Below are positions 1 to 9,747 of a stretch of 64,000 bases of DNA, piece after piece. This DNA is from an uncultured bacterium (lineage in GTDB: Bacteria; Krumholzibacteriota; Krumholzibacteriia; LZORAL124-64-63), in NCBI GenBank assembly GCA_963727525.1, contig CAVSGO010000007.1, positions 192,001 through 256,000 on the forward strand. The letters are read 5' to 3'. The stretch's first letter is position 1. Every line of letters begins with the position of its first letter. A program made the translations under genes and the position numbers. Under the pieces are notes generated by a model. It saw only the letters and a list, made by a program, of their open reading frames with translations, was not told the DNA's origin and searched no databases.

Positions 1-1488
1 ATGGCCGGCGAAGCGGGCGGCGAGCAGGCCAAGGTGCTGATCCAGGCGGGCAGCGTCGCCGGCATCTACCAGCTCGCGCTGAGCACGTTCAAGCTCTGGG
101 GCGAGCAGTTCACGACGATCAAGTTCGGCTGGGGCGAGCGCCTCGCCGCGTCTACCCGACTCGAGTTCCGCATGCTCGTGGAGGCGGCGGTCGTGGGTCT
201 GGGCTACATCGTCGGCCTGCGCTATGCGCTCATCATCGCCTCGGGATCGTTCCTGGCCTGGTGGGTCATGACGCCGATGATCGGCATCCTCGGCAAGGGG
301 CTGCGGATCGGCGACGAGACCTACCAGCTTCCGGCGATCGCTGCGCTCGCGCCGCAGGACATCTTCTACAACTTCGTGCGGCCGGTGGGTATCGGCGCCA
401 TCGCGATGGCGGGCCTGATCGGCGTGTGGAAAAGCCGCCGCATCATCCTGGGCGCGTTCAAACTGGCCATGCAGGCGGGCAAACGCGCGGGCGAGGCGGG
501 CGACAGCGTCGAGCGTACGCAGCACGATCTGCCCATGCCGCTGGTGACGACTCTGACGGTGGTCACGCTGGCCGCCGTGTTCCTCTTCTTCTGGGCCGGC
601 GTCACGCACAACCTCGGCCATGCGATCGCCGGACTGCTCATCGTGGGCGTGATCGCGTTCCTGTTCACCACGGTCGCCGCGCGGGCGATCGCTATCGTCG
701 GTTCGAACCCCGTGTCGGGCATGACGCTGATGACGCTGATCATCAGCTCGGTCGTGCTGAACTGGGTGGGGCTCAACGGCACCGAGGGCATCGTCGCCGC
801 CTTGCTGATCGGTGGTGTGGTGTGCACCGCGCTGTCGATGAGCGGTGGCTTCGTCAGCGACCTCAAGATCGGCTACTGGCTGGGCACCACGCCCAGCGTG
901 CAGCAGAAGTGGAAGTTCCTGGGCACGGCGGTTTCGGCCGCCGCAGTGGCCCTGGTCATCATGTTGCTCGACCGCACCTACGGCTTCGGCGAGGGGGGCC
1001 TCGAGGCGCCGCAGGCCAGTGCCATGGCGGCGGTGATCGAACCCCTGATGACCGGGCAATCGGCGCCCTGGGTCCTCTACATGGCCGGGGTGTTCATGGC
1101 ACTCGTGCTCGAGTGGTCCGGCGTGCCGGCCCTCGCCTTCGCGCTGGGTATGTACCTGCCGCTGCATCTGAACACACCCGTGCTCGCGGGCGGCATCGTG
1201 GCCTACCTCGCCGCCAGGGGCAAGACGGAGGAGGTCGTGACCAAGCGCCGCGAGCGCGGCACGCTGATGGCCAGCGGTTTCGTGGCCGGCGGCGCCATCA
1301 TGGGCGTGGTCTCGGCACTGGTGCTCTACCTCGGCCGCCTCGTGGGTGGCGACGATTGGTCGGTGGCCACGTCCATCGGCACAGAGCACTGGTCGGAGAC
1401 CGGTGCGGCCGGCCTGGTGGGTCTGGTGCTGTTTCTCGGCCTCTGTCTGTACCTGTGGGCCGGTGCGCGGAGTGCCGCGAAGGACTGA
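1..1488 (+). CDS. OPT family oligopeptide transporter (probably 5'-truncated by the window edge)
   Basis: Polytopic membrane protein with OPT-family motifs GSNPVSGMT, GGFVSDLKIGYWLG and APQASAM, and the segment LAFALGMYLP. It is shorter than typical full-length members. Confidence 0.85.
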   Translation: MAGEAGGEQAKVLIQAGSVAGIYQLALSTFKLWGEQFTTIKFGWGERLAASTRLEFRMLVEAAVVGLGYIVGLRYALIIASGSFLAWWVMTPMIGILGKGLRIGDETYQLPAIAALAPQDIFYNFVRPVGIGAIAMAGLIGVWKSRRIILGAFKLAMQAGKRAGEAGDSVERTQHDLPMPLVTTLTVVTLAAVFLFFWAGVTHNLGHAIAGLLIVGVIAFLFTTVAARAIAIVGSNPVSGMTLMTLIISSVVLNWVGLNGTEGIVAALLIGGVVCTALSMSGGFVSDLKIGYWLGTTPSVQQKWKFLGTAVSAAAVALVIMLLDRTYGFGEGGLEAPQASAMAAVIEPLMTGQSAPWVLYMAGVFMALVLEWSGVPALAFALGMYLPLHLNTPVLAGGIVAYLAARGKTEEVVTKRRERGTLMASGFVAGGAIMGVVSALVLYLGRLVGGDDWSVATSIGTEHWSETGAAGLVGLVLFLGLCLYLWAGARSAAKD

Positions 1489-1509
1489 GGTGCCAGTTGA
1501 ACGCTTGGG

Positions 1510-1536
1510 GAGGCCGCCGGCCCGGTCGGCGGCCTC
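1510..1536 (+). terminator. GC-rich hairpin after the OPT gene (possible terminator)
   Basis: GAGGCCGCCG-N7-CGGCGGCCTC perfect 10-bp inverted repeat. There is no U-tract. Confidence 0.4.
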
Positions 1537-1617
1537 ACCGTCTCCGCCGCGATTGGCGCCCGTCCCCCCGACGACCTAATTTGACGCCAGTTTCCAGTCC
1601 GACCAGGAGGTCTTCGC

Positions 1618-2112
1618 GTGTCCTGTCCCTGCGGTTCCAGTCTCGATTTCACCGCCTGCTGCGAACCCATCCTCTCCGGCATGAGCCCGGCGCCCACCGC
1701 CGAGGCACTCATGCGGGCCCGTTACACCGCTTTCACCCGCGCGGACATCGCCTTCCTCATGGCGTCGGTCCATCCGGATTCCCGCCACGAGCACGACGAG
1801 GACGCGGTTCGGGATTGGGCGGAGAACAGCACCTGGAAGGGACTGGAGATCCGGGATACCGTGGACGGCGGCGAGGGCGACGACACGGGCAGCGTGGAGT
1901 TCGTCGCGCGCTACGTCTACCAGGACGAGGACCGCACCCGACGTCACCATGAGCTGGCCACCTTCGCCCGTCACGAAGGCCAATGGCTCTTCGTCAATGG
2001 CGAGAAGGTGAAGTCGAAGCCCGTGGTGCGCGACGAGCCGAAGGTCGGGCGCAACGATCCGTGTCCGTGCGGCAGCGGCAAGAAGTATAAAAAGTGCTGC
2101 GGGCAGGCCTGA
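1618..2112 (+). CDS. ychJ: YchJ family protein with SEC-C metal-binding motifs
   Basis: N-terminal CPCGS..CC, core [13 protein letters not shown] and VEFVARY, C-terminal [27 protein letters not shown] precedes the GTG start. Confidence 0.9.
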   Translation: MSCPCGSSLDFTACCEPILSGMSPAPTAEALMRARYTAFTRADIAFLMASVHPDSRHEHDEDAVRDWAENSTWKGLEIRDTVDGGEGDDTGSVEFVARYVYQDEDRTRRHHELATFARHEGQWLFVNGEKVKSKPVVRDEPKVGRNDPCPCGSGKKYKKCCGQA

Positions 2113-3908
2113 CACTCCTGGTCTTTCTCTTCCTCCCGGCGACCGCGGTCGTGGCCACGCCTCCGGCCGCCGCGGATTCGACGGACACGTCGCCCTGGTT
2201 CATGCGCAACATCACGCGCTGGTTCGCCAGCCGCGATCCGGCGCTGTCCGCCTCGCCGATCGGCACGATCCGGCGCGCCGAGACGCCATTCCTGCCCGAG
2301 GCCGGCCGCCGTATCCGCCAGATCGAGATCCGCGACCGCAAGGCATTCGGCACGGTGGTAGGGGACTCGTCTGCAGGTCAGAACTGGCTGCTCAGCGCCG
2401 TGCGCCTGACGACGTCGCCCCTGGAGGCTGCCCTCAACAGCCTCTACACCGGAACGCGGCCGACGGTGGCGGCCGACTACCTCCTGTTCCACGTCGGCGA
2501 CCTGCTCGATCCTTTCGCGCTGGCCGACACCGAGCGGTTGCTGCGCGAGGCCGCGTTCACCTACGACGTCCGCATCGAGGTCTTCCCGGCCGCCGACGGG
2601 TCGGACGCCGTCGATGTCGTCGTGCTCGTGCGCGATCGCTGGCCGTATGGTGCCGACCTCGTGGTCAAGGAGAGCGATCGCTACGATCTGACACTTTTCC
2701 ATCGCAACCTCCTCGGCCGCGGCATCGATCTGGAGACGCGCCTGCTCTTCGACGCGGGACACGTGCCCAGAACCGGACATCAGTCGCGGTTGCAGTGGTC
2801 GAATCTCCAAGGCACCCTCGTTGATGCGCGACTCGCCTGGCGACGCGCGTGGGATCGCGACGAACGCAGCGCGACCCTCGCGCGACGGCTGCGCACACCC
2901 TCGCAGCACGTGGTAGGCGGGCTGGGCGTGGGGCAGTTCACGGATCGCACGCTGCAGCCGGAGGCCCCGGGCGCCGAGGTCGTCTGGCGCACTTACGACG
3001 CCTGGGCCGGTCGTGTCTATGCGTTGGGGCGTGACGAGCCAGGCCGGCGCCCGCGCCGCCGTGTGGTGCCAGCCCTCAGCGTGGGCGACGTGGCCTACGT
3101 GCGTCGGCCCGACGTACCGGCCGAGCAGCGGCCACTCTTTCTGGACCACACGCAGTACCTCGTTGGTGCGACCCTGATCGACTGGGAGAGTTACCGGACG
3201 AGCCTCGTGCTCGGCTACGGGGAAACGGAGGACATCCCGGCCGGCCTTCTGCTGTCGTTCGTGGGCGGATTCGAGACGTGCGAGTGCCACGATCGCCTGT
3301 ACCACGGCGTGTCGCTACGCCTGGCCCGCGTGCTGGCCGATGGTGGCTACTTGAACGGGCGTGCGGCGTGGGGCGCGTACCGACGGCAAGGCAGGGTGGA
3401 AGATGGCGTCTTCGACGTGCGCCTGGGCGCGTTCTCGCGCCTACGCCAGGCGGGAGCGATGCTGTGGCGGCACTTCCTCGAGGTGGCGTATACTCGCGGC
3501 CTGAACCGTAGCCAGCTCGACGGTATCACGCTCGAGGGGGCCACGGGCGTGCGCGAACTGGACACGGATGGATTGAGAGGCAATCAGCGCCTGCAGGCGA
3601 GCCTGGAAACCGTGGCCTTCACACCGTATTCGGTTCTCGGCTTCAAGCTGGCTGTGTATGCCTTCGCCGATGCGGGATTGCTGGGCGACACCGAGGATGC
3701 GCTCTTCGACCGACGTCTCGCCACCAGCCTGGGCCTGGGACTGCGTATCAAGAACCCGGGACTGGCGTTTCCCACCCTGCAGGTGCAGCTGGCGAACGTG
3801 CATTCCCAACGTGGGTGGGACGCATTGATCTCGGTGGGCTCGGGCGACGGGGGGCTCGTCGAACTCGGCACGGCCGACGTGCGACCGGCCGTGGTTCCGT
3901 ATCGCTGA
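2094..3908 (+). CDS. Putative outer-membrane protein (Omp85/BamA-TamA-like, POTRA plus beta-barrel)
   Basis: Signal peptide, a POTRA-like segment ([22 protein letters not shown]), the motif NLLGRG, and amphipathic beta-strands at the C-terminus. The start codon is uncertain. Confidence 0.6.
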   Translation: MLRAGLTLLVFLFLPATAVVATPPAAADSTDTSPWFMRNITRWFASRDPALSASPIGTIRRAETPFLPEAGRRIRQIEIRDRKAFGTVVGDSSAGQNWLLSAVRLTTSPLEAALNSLYTGTRPTVAADYLLFHVGDLLDPFALADTERLLREAAFTYDVRIEVFPAADGSDAVDVVVLVRDRWPYGADLVVKESDRYDLTLFHRNLLGRGIDLETRLLFDAGHVPRTGHQSRLQWSNLQGTLVDARLAWRRAWDRDERSATLARRLRTPSQHVVGGLGVGQFTDRTLQPEAPGAEVVWRTYDAWAGRVYALGRDEPGRRPRRRVVPALSVGDVAYVRRPDVPAEQRPLFLDHTQYLVGATLIDWESYRTSLVLGYGETEDIPAGLLLSFVGGFETCECHDRLYHGVSLRLARVLADGGYLNGRAAWGAYRRQGRVEDGVFDVRLGAFSRLRQAGAMLWRHFLEVAYTRGLNRSQLDGITLEGATGVRELDTDGLRGNQRLQASLETVAFTPYSVLGFKLAVYAFADAGLLGDTEDALFDRRLATSLGLGLRIKNPGLAFPTLQVQLANVHSQRGWDALISVGSGDGGLVELGTADVRPAVVPYR

Positions 3909-3953
3909 GCGATATGCTAACGTGACCGACGATTCACCCCGAAAGGACCGGAC

Positions 3954-4991
3954 TTGCGACAGATCTGGCAGATGCGACGCGGTGGTCCCGACGTGCTCAT
4001 GTTGCGCGAGGTGCCCGATCCGCAGCCGCGTGCTGGCGAGGTGCGGGTGCGCACGGCGCTGGCCGGCGTGAACTTCGCCGACCTGATGATGCGCTTCGGT
4101 CTCTACCCAGATGCGCCGACGCCGCCCTGCGTACCGGGCTACGAGGTCGCCGGCGTGATCGATGCCGTGGGCGACGACGTGCCGGCCGAGCGCCTCGGAG
4201 AGCGGGTGGTCGCCCTGTGCCGATTCGGCGGCTACAGCGAGTGCGTCTGCGTGCCGGCCCGGCAGGCGCTCGCCGTGCCCGACGGTGTGGACGACGTGGC
4301 CGCTGCCGCGCTGCCGGTGGCGTACCTGACGGCCTACATGATGCTGCGTGTCCTGGCCCCGGTGCGCCCCGGCGACCGCGTGCTCGTGCATGGCGCGGCC
4401 GGCGGGGTCGGACAGGCCGCCTGCCAGCTCGTCCACCTCGCCGGTGGCGAGGTGCTCGCGTCGGCGTCGCCGGCGAAGCATGAACGGTTGCAACGCGAGG
4501 GTGCGCGGATGGTCTTCGACTCGCGGGCGCGTCATTTCGCGACGGCAGTGCGCGCGGCCACCGCCGGGCATGGATGCGACATCGCACTCGAGCCGCGCCA
4601 CGGTCGGTGGATCATGGAGAGCTACCGGTCGCTCGGCGAGGGCGGGCGTCTGGTGCTCCATGGCTTCGCGAGCGCGGCCACGTCGCGGCCGGGTACGCTG
4701 TCGGCCCTGCGCACGCTCGCCCAGGTGCCCTGGCTGCGCCTGAATCCGCTGGCGTTGATGAACGACAACCGCGCGGTGGCGGGCGTGAACCTGGGACGCA
4801 TGTGGGAGCGCGGCGACCTGCTCGAGGCGTGGCTGGGCGAGCTGCTGCAGTTGCTGGCTGACGGCGCCATCGCGCCGACCATCGATCGCGTCGTTCCCGC
4901 CGGCGAGGCCCCCTCGGCGCATCGGCGGTTGCAGGAACGGCTGAACGTGGGCAAGGTGCTGCTCGATTTCCGCTCCGGAGGCGATGCGTGA
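3954..4991 (+). CDS. MDR-family (VAT-1/quinone oxidoreductase-like) NADPH-dependent oxidoreductase
   Basis: Motifs GVNFADL, PGYEVAG, VLVHGAAGGVG and NVGKVLL. TTG start after AAGGA. Confidence 0.88.
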   Translation: MRQIWQMRRGGPDVLMLREVPDPQPRAGEVRVRTALAGVNFADLMMRFGLYPDAPTPPCVPGYEVAGVIDAVGDDVPAERLGERVVALCRFGGYSECVCVPARQALAVPDGVDDVAAAALPVAYLTAYMMLRVLAPVRPGDRVLVHGAAGGVGQAACQLVHLAGGEVLASASPAKHERLQREGARMVFDSRARHFATAVRAATAGHGCDIALEPRHGRWIMESYRSLGEGGRLVLHGFASAATSRPGTLSALRTLAQVPWLRLNPLALMNDNRAVAGVNLGRMWERGDLLEAWLGELLQLLADGAIAPTIDRVVPAGEAPSAHRRLQERLNVGKVLLDFRSGGDA

Positions 4992-5728
4992 AGGTGTCGG
5001 CGGCTATCATCACCCACAACGACGCCGCCGCGCTGGCGCGTTGCCTGGCGTCGCTCGGCTGGTGCGACGAGATCCTGGTGCTCGACCAGGCCAGCACCGA
5101 CGACACGGCGGCGGTCTGCGCGCGGCACGGAGCCGTGCTGCAGCAGAGCGAGTGGCTGGGCTTCGGGCGCACGAAACAGCGCGCCGTCGACGCGTGCCGC
5201 AACCGCTGGGTTCTGAGCATCGACACGGACGAGGTGGTGACGCCGCCGTTGCGCGACGCGATCCTCGCCCTGCCCGCGTCGCCCCCCGAGGCCGCCTTCG
5301 CCGTGAACCGTCTCAGCCGCTTCCTCGGCCGCTGGATCCATCATTGCGGCTGGCATCCCGACCGGGTGGTACGGCTCTTCGACCGCGAACGCGCGCATTT
5401 CGACGCGAAGCCGGTGCACGAATCCGTGCAGACCGACGGTGCGGTCGGCCGTCTGCCCGGGCTGCTGGAGCACGCCACGTACGACACGATGGAGCAGTAC
5501 GTGGACAAGCTGAACCGCTATACGACGGCGGCCGCCGAGGACCTTCACGCCGCCGGTCGGCGGGCCACGCTGCCCCAGGCTGTGGTGCGCGCCCAGGCCG
5601 CGTTCTGGCGTATGTGGCTGCTGCAGCGGGGCCTTCAGGACGGCTGGGCGGGCACGGTGCTGTGCCTGGCCTCGAGCTTCTACGTGCTCACGAAGTACGT
5701 GAAGCTCTGGCGGATGGATCGGCCATGA
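4988..5728 (+). CDS. Glycosyltransferase family 2 (KdtX/WaaE-like LPS glucosyltransferase)
   Basis: Motifs SAAIITHN, STDDT, WLGFG, WVLSIDTDE, VHE and KLNRYT. Confidence 0.88.
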   Translation: MKVSAAIITHNDAAALARCLASLGWCDEILVLDQASTDDTAAVCARHGAVLQQSEWLGFGRTKQRAVDACRNRWVLSIDTDEVVTPPLRDAILALPASPPEAAFAVNRLSRFLGRWIHHCGWHPDRVVRLFDRERAHFDAKPVHESVQTDGAVGRLPGLLEHATYDTMEQYVDKLNRYTTAAAEDLHAAGRRATLPQAVVRAQAAFWRMWLLQRGLQDGWAGTVLCLASSFYVLTKYVKLWRMDRP

Positions 5729-6759
5729 AGGTGCTCGTTGCCCGCTGTGATCGCCTCGGCGATCTCGTCCTCTCGCTGCCGGTCTTCGCCTGGCTAAGGG
5801 AGCGGCGCCCGCAGTGGGAGATGCACGCCCTGGTGGCGCCCTCGGGCGTGGCCCTGGTGGAGCACGACCTGGCCATCGATGCGCTCTATACCTGGAACGG
5901 CGTCGACGATCCGGCGCTGGAACAGAAGCTGCGCGACGAACACTATGACGCGGCTCTCGTCCTGCAATATCAGGTGCCGCTCGCGAAGATGCTCAGGCGC
6001 TGCGACATTCCGCGGCGCATCGGACCGCTGTCGAAACTGTCGAGCTGGTGGCTGCTGAACCGGGGTGTGGTGCAGGGGCGTTCGCGCGTCCGCCGCCACG
6101 AGCGGGACTACAATCTGCAACTCGCCCGGAAACTCGCGTCGGGACCCCGCGATTCGGCGCCGGATCCGGTGCTCCGGCTGAGCCCGCAGCAACGCGAGGC
6201 CGGGTTGCTGCTGCGCGCACGGCTCGCGCCGGGGGCGCACACGCTCGTCTTCGTGCACCCGGGCAGCGGCGGCTCGGCTCTGGACTGGCCGCCGCGGGAA
6301 TTTGCCGCCCTGGCCGGACTCCTGGCCCACGAGCGGGGATGGAAGGTGCTCGTCACCGGGAGTCACCACGACCGGCTCTGCCTGGACCAGCTCGCGCCCT
6401 ATCTCGATCCGGCGGTCACCGTCGTGGCGGAACGCTTTGCGCTGCGCGAGTTTCTCGGATTGGTGGCCGCCGGTGACGCGATGATCGCGCCGAGCACGGG
6501 GCCGCTGCACATGGCCGCGGCGCTGGGGCTGGTGGCCGTCGGTCTGTATCCGCCGGCGCCGACGATGAGCGCCCGTCGCTGGGGACCGCTGGGCCCATGG
6601 AGCCGCGCGATCACCCCCGACGTGCAATGCCCGTCGCGGCGCCACTGCTGGCGGGAGCAATGCCTGCTGTACAACTGCCTCGCGGCGATCCGGCCGGCCG
6701 ATGTGGCCGCCATGGTGCGCGAGCTCGTCTTGCGGCGCGAGCGCGCCGCCGCCTCGTGA
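5725..6759 (+). CDS. Glycosyltransferase family 9 (LPS heptosyltransferase-like)
   Basis: True start is MKVLVARCDRLGDLVLSLP (ATGA overlap with the GT2 stop). Motifs HPGSGGS..DWP and STGPLHMAAA. Confidence 0.88.
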   Translation: MKVLVARCDRLGDLVLSLPVFAWLRERRPQWEMHALVAPSGVALVEHDLAIDALYTWNGVDDPALEQKLRDEHYDAALVLQYQVPLAKMLRRCDIPRRIGPLSKLSSWWLLNRGVVQGRSRVRRHERDYNLQLARKLASGPRDSAPDPVLRLSPQQREAGLLLRARLAPGAHTLVFVHPGSGGSALDWPPREFAALAGLLAHERGWKVLVTGSHHDRLCLDQLAPYLDPAVTVVAERFALREFLGLVAAGDAMIAPSTGPLHMAAALGLVAVGLYPPAPTMSARRWGPLGPWSRAITPDVQCPSRRHCWREQCLLYNCLAAIRPADVAAMVRELVLRRERAAAS

Positions 6760-6773
6760 AGGAGAGAGTCATC

Positions 6774-7895
6774 ATGATCGTAAGTTCGCCCGCCTACCCG
6801 CGTCCGCGTCGCCGGGCCCTCCTGATCCTCGGCGCGCTCCTGGTCACCGGCGCGCTTCTGGCCAGCCATCAGCCGGCGCTGGCTGCCGATACGCCCGCGG
6901 CGGACGATCCGCTGGCGACCGTCGCCACGCGCTTGCAGCAGGCTTCGCGTCTGGGCGCCAGGGGTGATCTGCCCGGCTCCTACCGGACGCTCGAGAAGAA
7001 GCTGGACGATGCGCGCAGGAACGGCGCGTCCGCCCAGCAGATCGTGGACATGGAACTGGATGGCCGGCGCCTCGTCAACCAGGCCGCCTTCGTGCAGCAG
7101 GTCCGCGATTCTCGCAGCCCTCTGGAGACGATGACTCTGCGCTTCGACAGCGCGTTGCGCGAGATCGCGTCGGTGGAGGGTGTCGACCTCGACTCTGGCC
7201 TGGCCGGAAGCGAGGCCGCCGATCGCCTGCTCGAACTGCTCACGCGACAGTCCCGGGCGCGCCAGGTCCTCATCGATTCCCTGCGCGTGGAGGTGGGCAA
7301 GCTGAGCGAGCGGGCGTATGGCCATGGAGCGGCCAATGACTCGCTCATCACCTCGCTGCAGGTGGAGAACAGCGACCTGCGGCGCCGGCTCTGGGAAACC
7401 GAGCTACGCGCCGGCGTGGCCGAGGCCGATCGCTCGGCCGCGGAGTCGGCGCTCACCAGGCGGCAGCAGCGCGAAGCGGCCGTGAAGGACATCCGCAAGG
7501 ACCTGGGCGACCAGGCCGGCGATGTGCTCATGACGCCCGATGGCGCGATCATTCTCCAGGTGCACGGCCTGGATTTCGGTGTCGGCAGCTCACAGCTGCG
7601 GTCGGGGCAGGAGGCACTGGTCGGCAAGCTCGTGGATGCGATCAAGCGCTTCCCCGACACATCGATCCGCGTGGAGGGCCACACCGACGACACCGGCAAT
7701 CGCGCGGCCAATCTCGCGCTGAGCGAGAAGCGCGCCGCCACCGTCGCCTCGTTGCTGGCGAAGAAGCTGGGCGTGGCTCCGGACACGATCCCGACCAAGG
7801 GTTACGGGCCCGACCGTCCCGTGGCCCCGAACAGCACGCCCGAGGGGCGGGCGCGCAACCGGCGCATCGACGTCGTGATCACGCCGCAGGAGTGA
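6774..7895 (+). CDS. OmpA-family peptidoglycan-binding protein with coiled-coil N-terminus
   Basis: Signal peptide and heptad-rich region. The C-terminal domain carries VEGHTDDTG..NLALSEKRA and GRARNRRIDV. AAGGAG RBS. Confidence 0.85.
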   Translation: MIVSSPAYPRPRRRALLILGALLVTGALLASHQPALAADTPAADDPLATVATRLQQASRLGARGDLPGSYRTLEKKLDDARRNGASAQQIVDMELDGRRLVNQAAFVQQVRDSRSPLETMTLRFDSALREIASVEGVDLDSGLAGSEAADRLLELLTRQSRARQVLIDSLRVEVGKLSERAYGHGAANDSLITSLQVENSDLRRRLWETELRAGVAEADRSAAESALTRRQQREAAVKDIRKDLGDQAGDVLMTPDGAIILQVHGLDFGVGSSQLRSGQEALVGKLVDAIKRFPDTSIRVEGHTDDTGNRAANLALSEKRAATVASLLAKKLGVAPDTIPTKGYGPDRPVAPNSTPEGRARNRRIDVVITPQE

Positions 7896-7921
7896 TCGCG
7901 TCGGCTCCAATTCATCGAGGA

Positions 7922-8494
7922 TCAGATCTCCTTGAGGATGCTTGCCACCTGCTTGAACTCGGCCGTGCGTGCCTTGCGAAGGATCTCGAAGAGCACCATC
8001 TCCACGCTCATGATCTGCACGCCGACGTCGCGCATGCGTTGCAGGCCGATCTTGCGGTTGAACGCCTGACGGCTGCTCACGGCATCGGCGGCCACGGCCA
8101 CCTGCAGCCCGCGCTCGCGCAGGTCGCGCGCCGTCTGGTAGATGCAGACGTGGGTCTCGATGCCGCAGAGCACGATCTGGTCGCGCCCCGTGTCCGCCAG
8201 GGCCGTGTTGAAGCCCGCATCGCCGGCGCAGGAGAAGGAGATCTTCTCCAGCGGCGCGAAGTCGTCGAAGAGGTCGCGCAGTTCGGGCACGGTGGCGCCG
8301 AGCCCGTCGGAATAGTGCTCCGTGACTAGGATGGGCAGGTCGAGTTGCTGGTGGAAGCGTACCAGCCGGCTGCACCCCTGGATCACGCCGGGCATGCCGT
8401 GGATCAGGTCGCGGAAGCGCGACTGGACATCGACGAGGACGAGGCAGACCCGCTCCTTGGCGAGGCGCGGTGGGACGGCGGTCGGGACGGTCAT
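7922..8494 (-). CDS. Isochorismatase-family cysteine hydrolase
   Basis: Motifs LVLVDVQ, TEHYSDGLG, EKISFSC and CGIETHVCIYQT. GGAGG RBS before MTVPTAV. Confidence 0.88.
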   Translation of the reverse strand: MTVPTAVPPRLAKERVCLVLVDVQSRFRDLIHGMPGVIQGCSRLVRFHQQLDLPILVTEHYSDGLGATVPELRDLFDDFAPLEKISFSCAGDAGFNTALADTGRDQIVLCGIETHVCIYQTARDLRERGLQVAVAADAVSSRQAFNRKIGLQRMRDVGVQIMSVEMVLFEILRKARTAEFKQVASILKEI

Positions 8495-8517
8495 CGGTAG
8501 CCTCCAGGTCGTTGCGG

Positions 8518-9747
8518 TCACTGCCGGCGCGGCGCCTCGTAGTGGCCGCAGGGGTCGACGGTCTCGGCATAGGCGCTGGACCAGCTGCGGCGGAAGAATG
8601 CGTCGGCCGCCTCGGTGCAGCCCTCGCCCTCGAGCACGAGGCTCAGGTTGCGCGACTCCTCGAAATAGTCGCGGGAACCGTTGCTCGTTCCCAGCCAGAG
8701 CCGCTGGCCGTCGGCCGTGACGTACTTGGCGTGCTCCACGCGCGCGAAAGGCACGAAGCCGCCGCTCCACTCCGGGATGTTCGTGAAGCGCACCTCGATA
8801 TGCGCCAGGACGGCGACGCTCTGGATAGGTGTGCACATATAGCTGCGCTTGGCCCAGTTGCTGAAGATGAGCTGTACCGTCACGCCACGGGCCGCGGCAC
8901 GGCGCAGCGCGTCGTCGAGCACAGGCCAGTAGCCGCCGCCACGCTCGGTGGGCGCGTAGGACAGCATCTGCAGACGCAGCGTGTCCTGCGCTGCGTCGAT
9001 CGTGGCTACGAGCAGCGGCAGGTCCCAGGGCACACCCGGGGGCAGGGCATGCGGCGGGTCGGCGGCCAGCACAGCGTTGCAGACGCGCCCGTCGGGCAGG
9101 CGCAGCCGGTGGACGGGGGCGAACTCGGGCTTGTCGCTCACGCCCTGGCGCACGGGCGGGGTTGTCTCGCCTCCGGCCAGCGCCCAATCGAGGTCGAAGA
9201 CTCGCGCCATGGCTGCAGCCATCGCGGGCTCGTCGACCAGAGCGCCGAACTCGTGGATGTGCATGAGCGCGCGCCAGTCCCAGTTCTGGCTGCCGACATA
9301 GAAGCGCGTGTCGTCGACGATCATGCCCTTCGCGTGCAGGATGCCGCCCCACAGCGCGCGCCCGTCGAGCAGGCGCGCCTCGATGTTCGGCGTGGCCGCG
9401 AGAAGGTCCTGGGTTTCGGGATACGTCTTGTAGAAGCCCTTGTCGCTCAGCGCGCGCACGTGCACGCCGCGCCTGGCGTCCGCGACCACGGCGTCGAGCA
9501 CGGGCGTGAGCGGTCCGCTCGCGTCGGGCGCCGGCGAGAAGTAAAACGTGACGATGTCGAGGCTCTGCTGCGCGCCACGCACGAGGTCGAGCCATACGTT
9601 GGGCGCGTTGGGCACCTGGGGCAGGTCGAGCGTGGTCTCCACCGGCACCGACTCCACGAAGGTGATGGTGCCAGTGGGGTCGTCGGCTGCGCCGGCGCTG
9701 GCGGTGGCGAGCGCGAGGAGCGCGATGCTCAAGATACGACGAATCAT
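8518..9747 (-). CDS. Secreted phospholipase D superfamily protein (two HKD motifs; PLD3-like)
   Basis: Signal peptide, FVESVP, HAKGMIVDD..YVGSQNWDWR and HAKYVTADG..WLGTSN. Confidence 0.85.
   Translation of the reverse strand: MIRRILSIALLALATASAGAADDPTGTITFVESVPVETTLDLPQVPNAPNVWLDLVRGAQQSLDIVTFYFSPAPDASGPLTPVLDAVVADARRGVHVRALSDKGFYKTYPETQDLLAATPNIEARLLDGRALWGGILHAKGMIVDDTRFYVGSQNWDWRALMHIHEFGALVDEPAMAAAMARVFDLDWALAGGETTPPVRQGVSDKPEFAPVHRLRLPDGRVCNAVLAADPPHALPPGVPWDLPLLVATIDAAQDTLRLQMLSYAPTERGGGYWPVLDDALRRAAARGVTVQLIFSNWAKRSYMCTPIQSVAVLAHIEVRFTNIPEWSGGFVPFARVEHAKYVTADGQRLWLGTSNGSRDYFEESRNLSLVLEGEGCTEAADAFFRRSWSSAYAETVDPCGHYEAPRRQ

Noticed and set aside
261-1952. 563-aa Arg/Gly-rich ORF and many similar alternate-frame ORFs
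   Set aside because: Off-frame products typical of high-GC DNA, overlapping well-supported genes.
4984-5724. N-terminal extensions on ORF-track calls (GT9 here; also ccoG, cusA, M1 peptidase and isochorismatase)
   Set aside because: The extensions overlap upstream genes out of frame. Internal starts with an RBS or ATGA coupling fit better, so these are not fusions or frameshifts.
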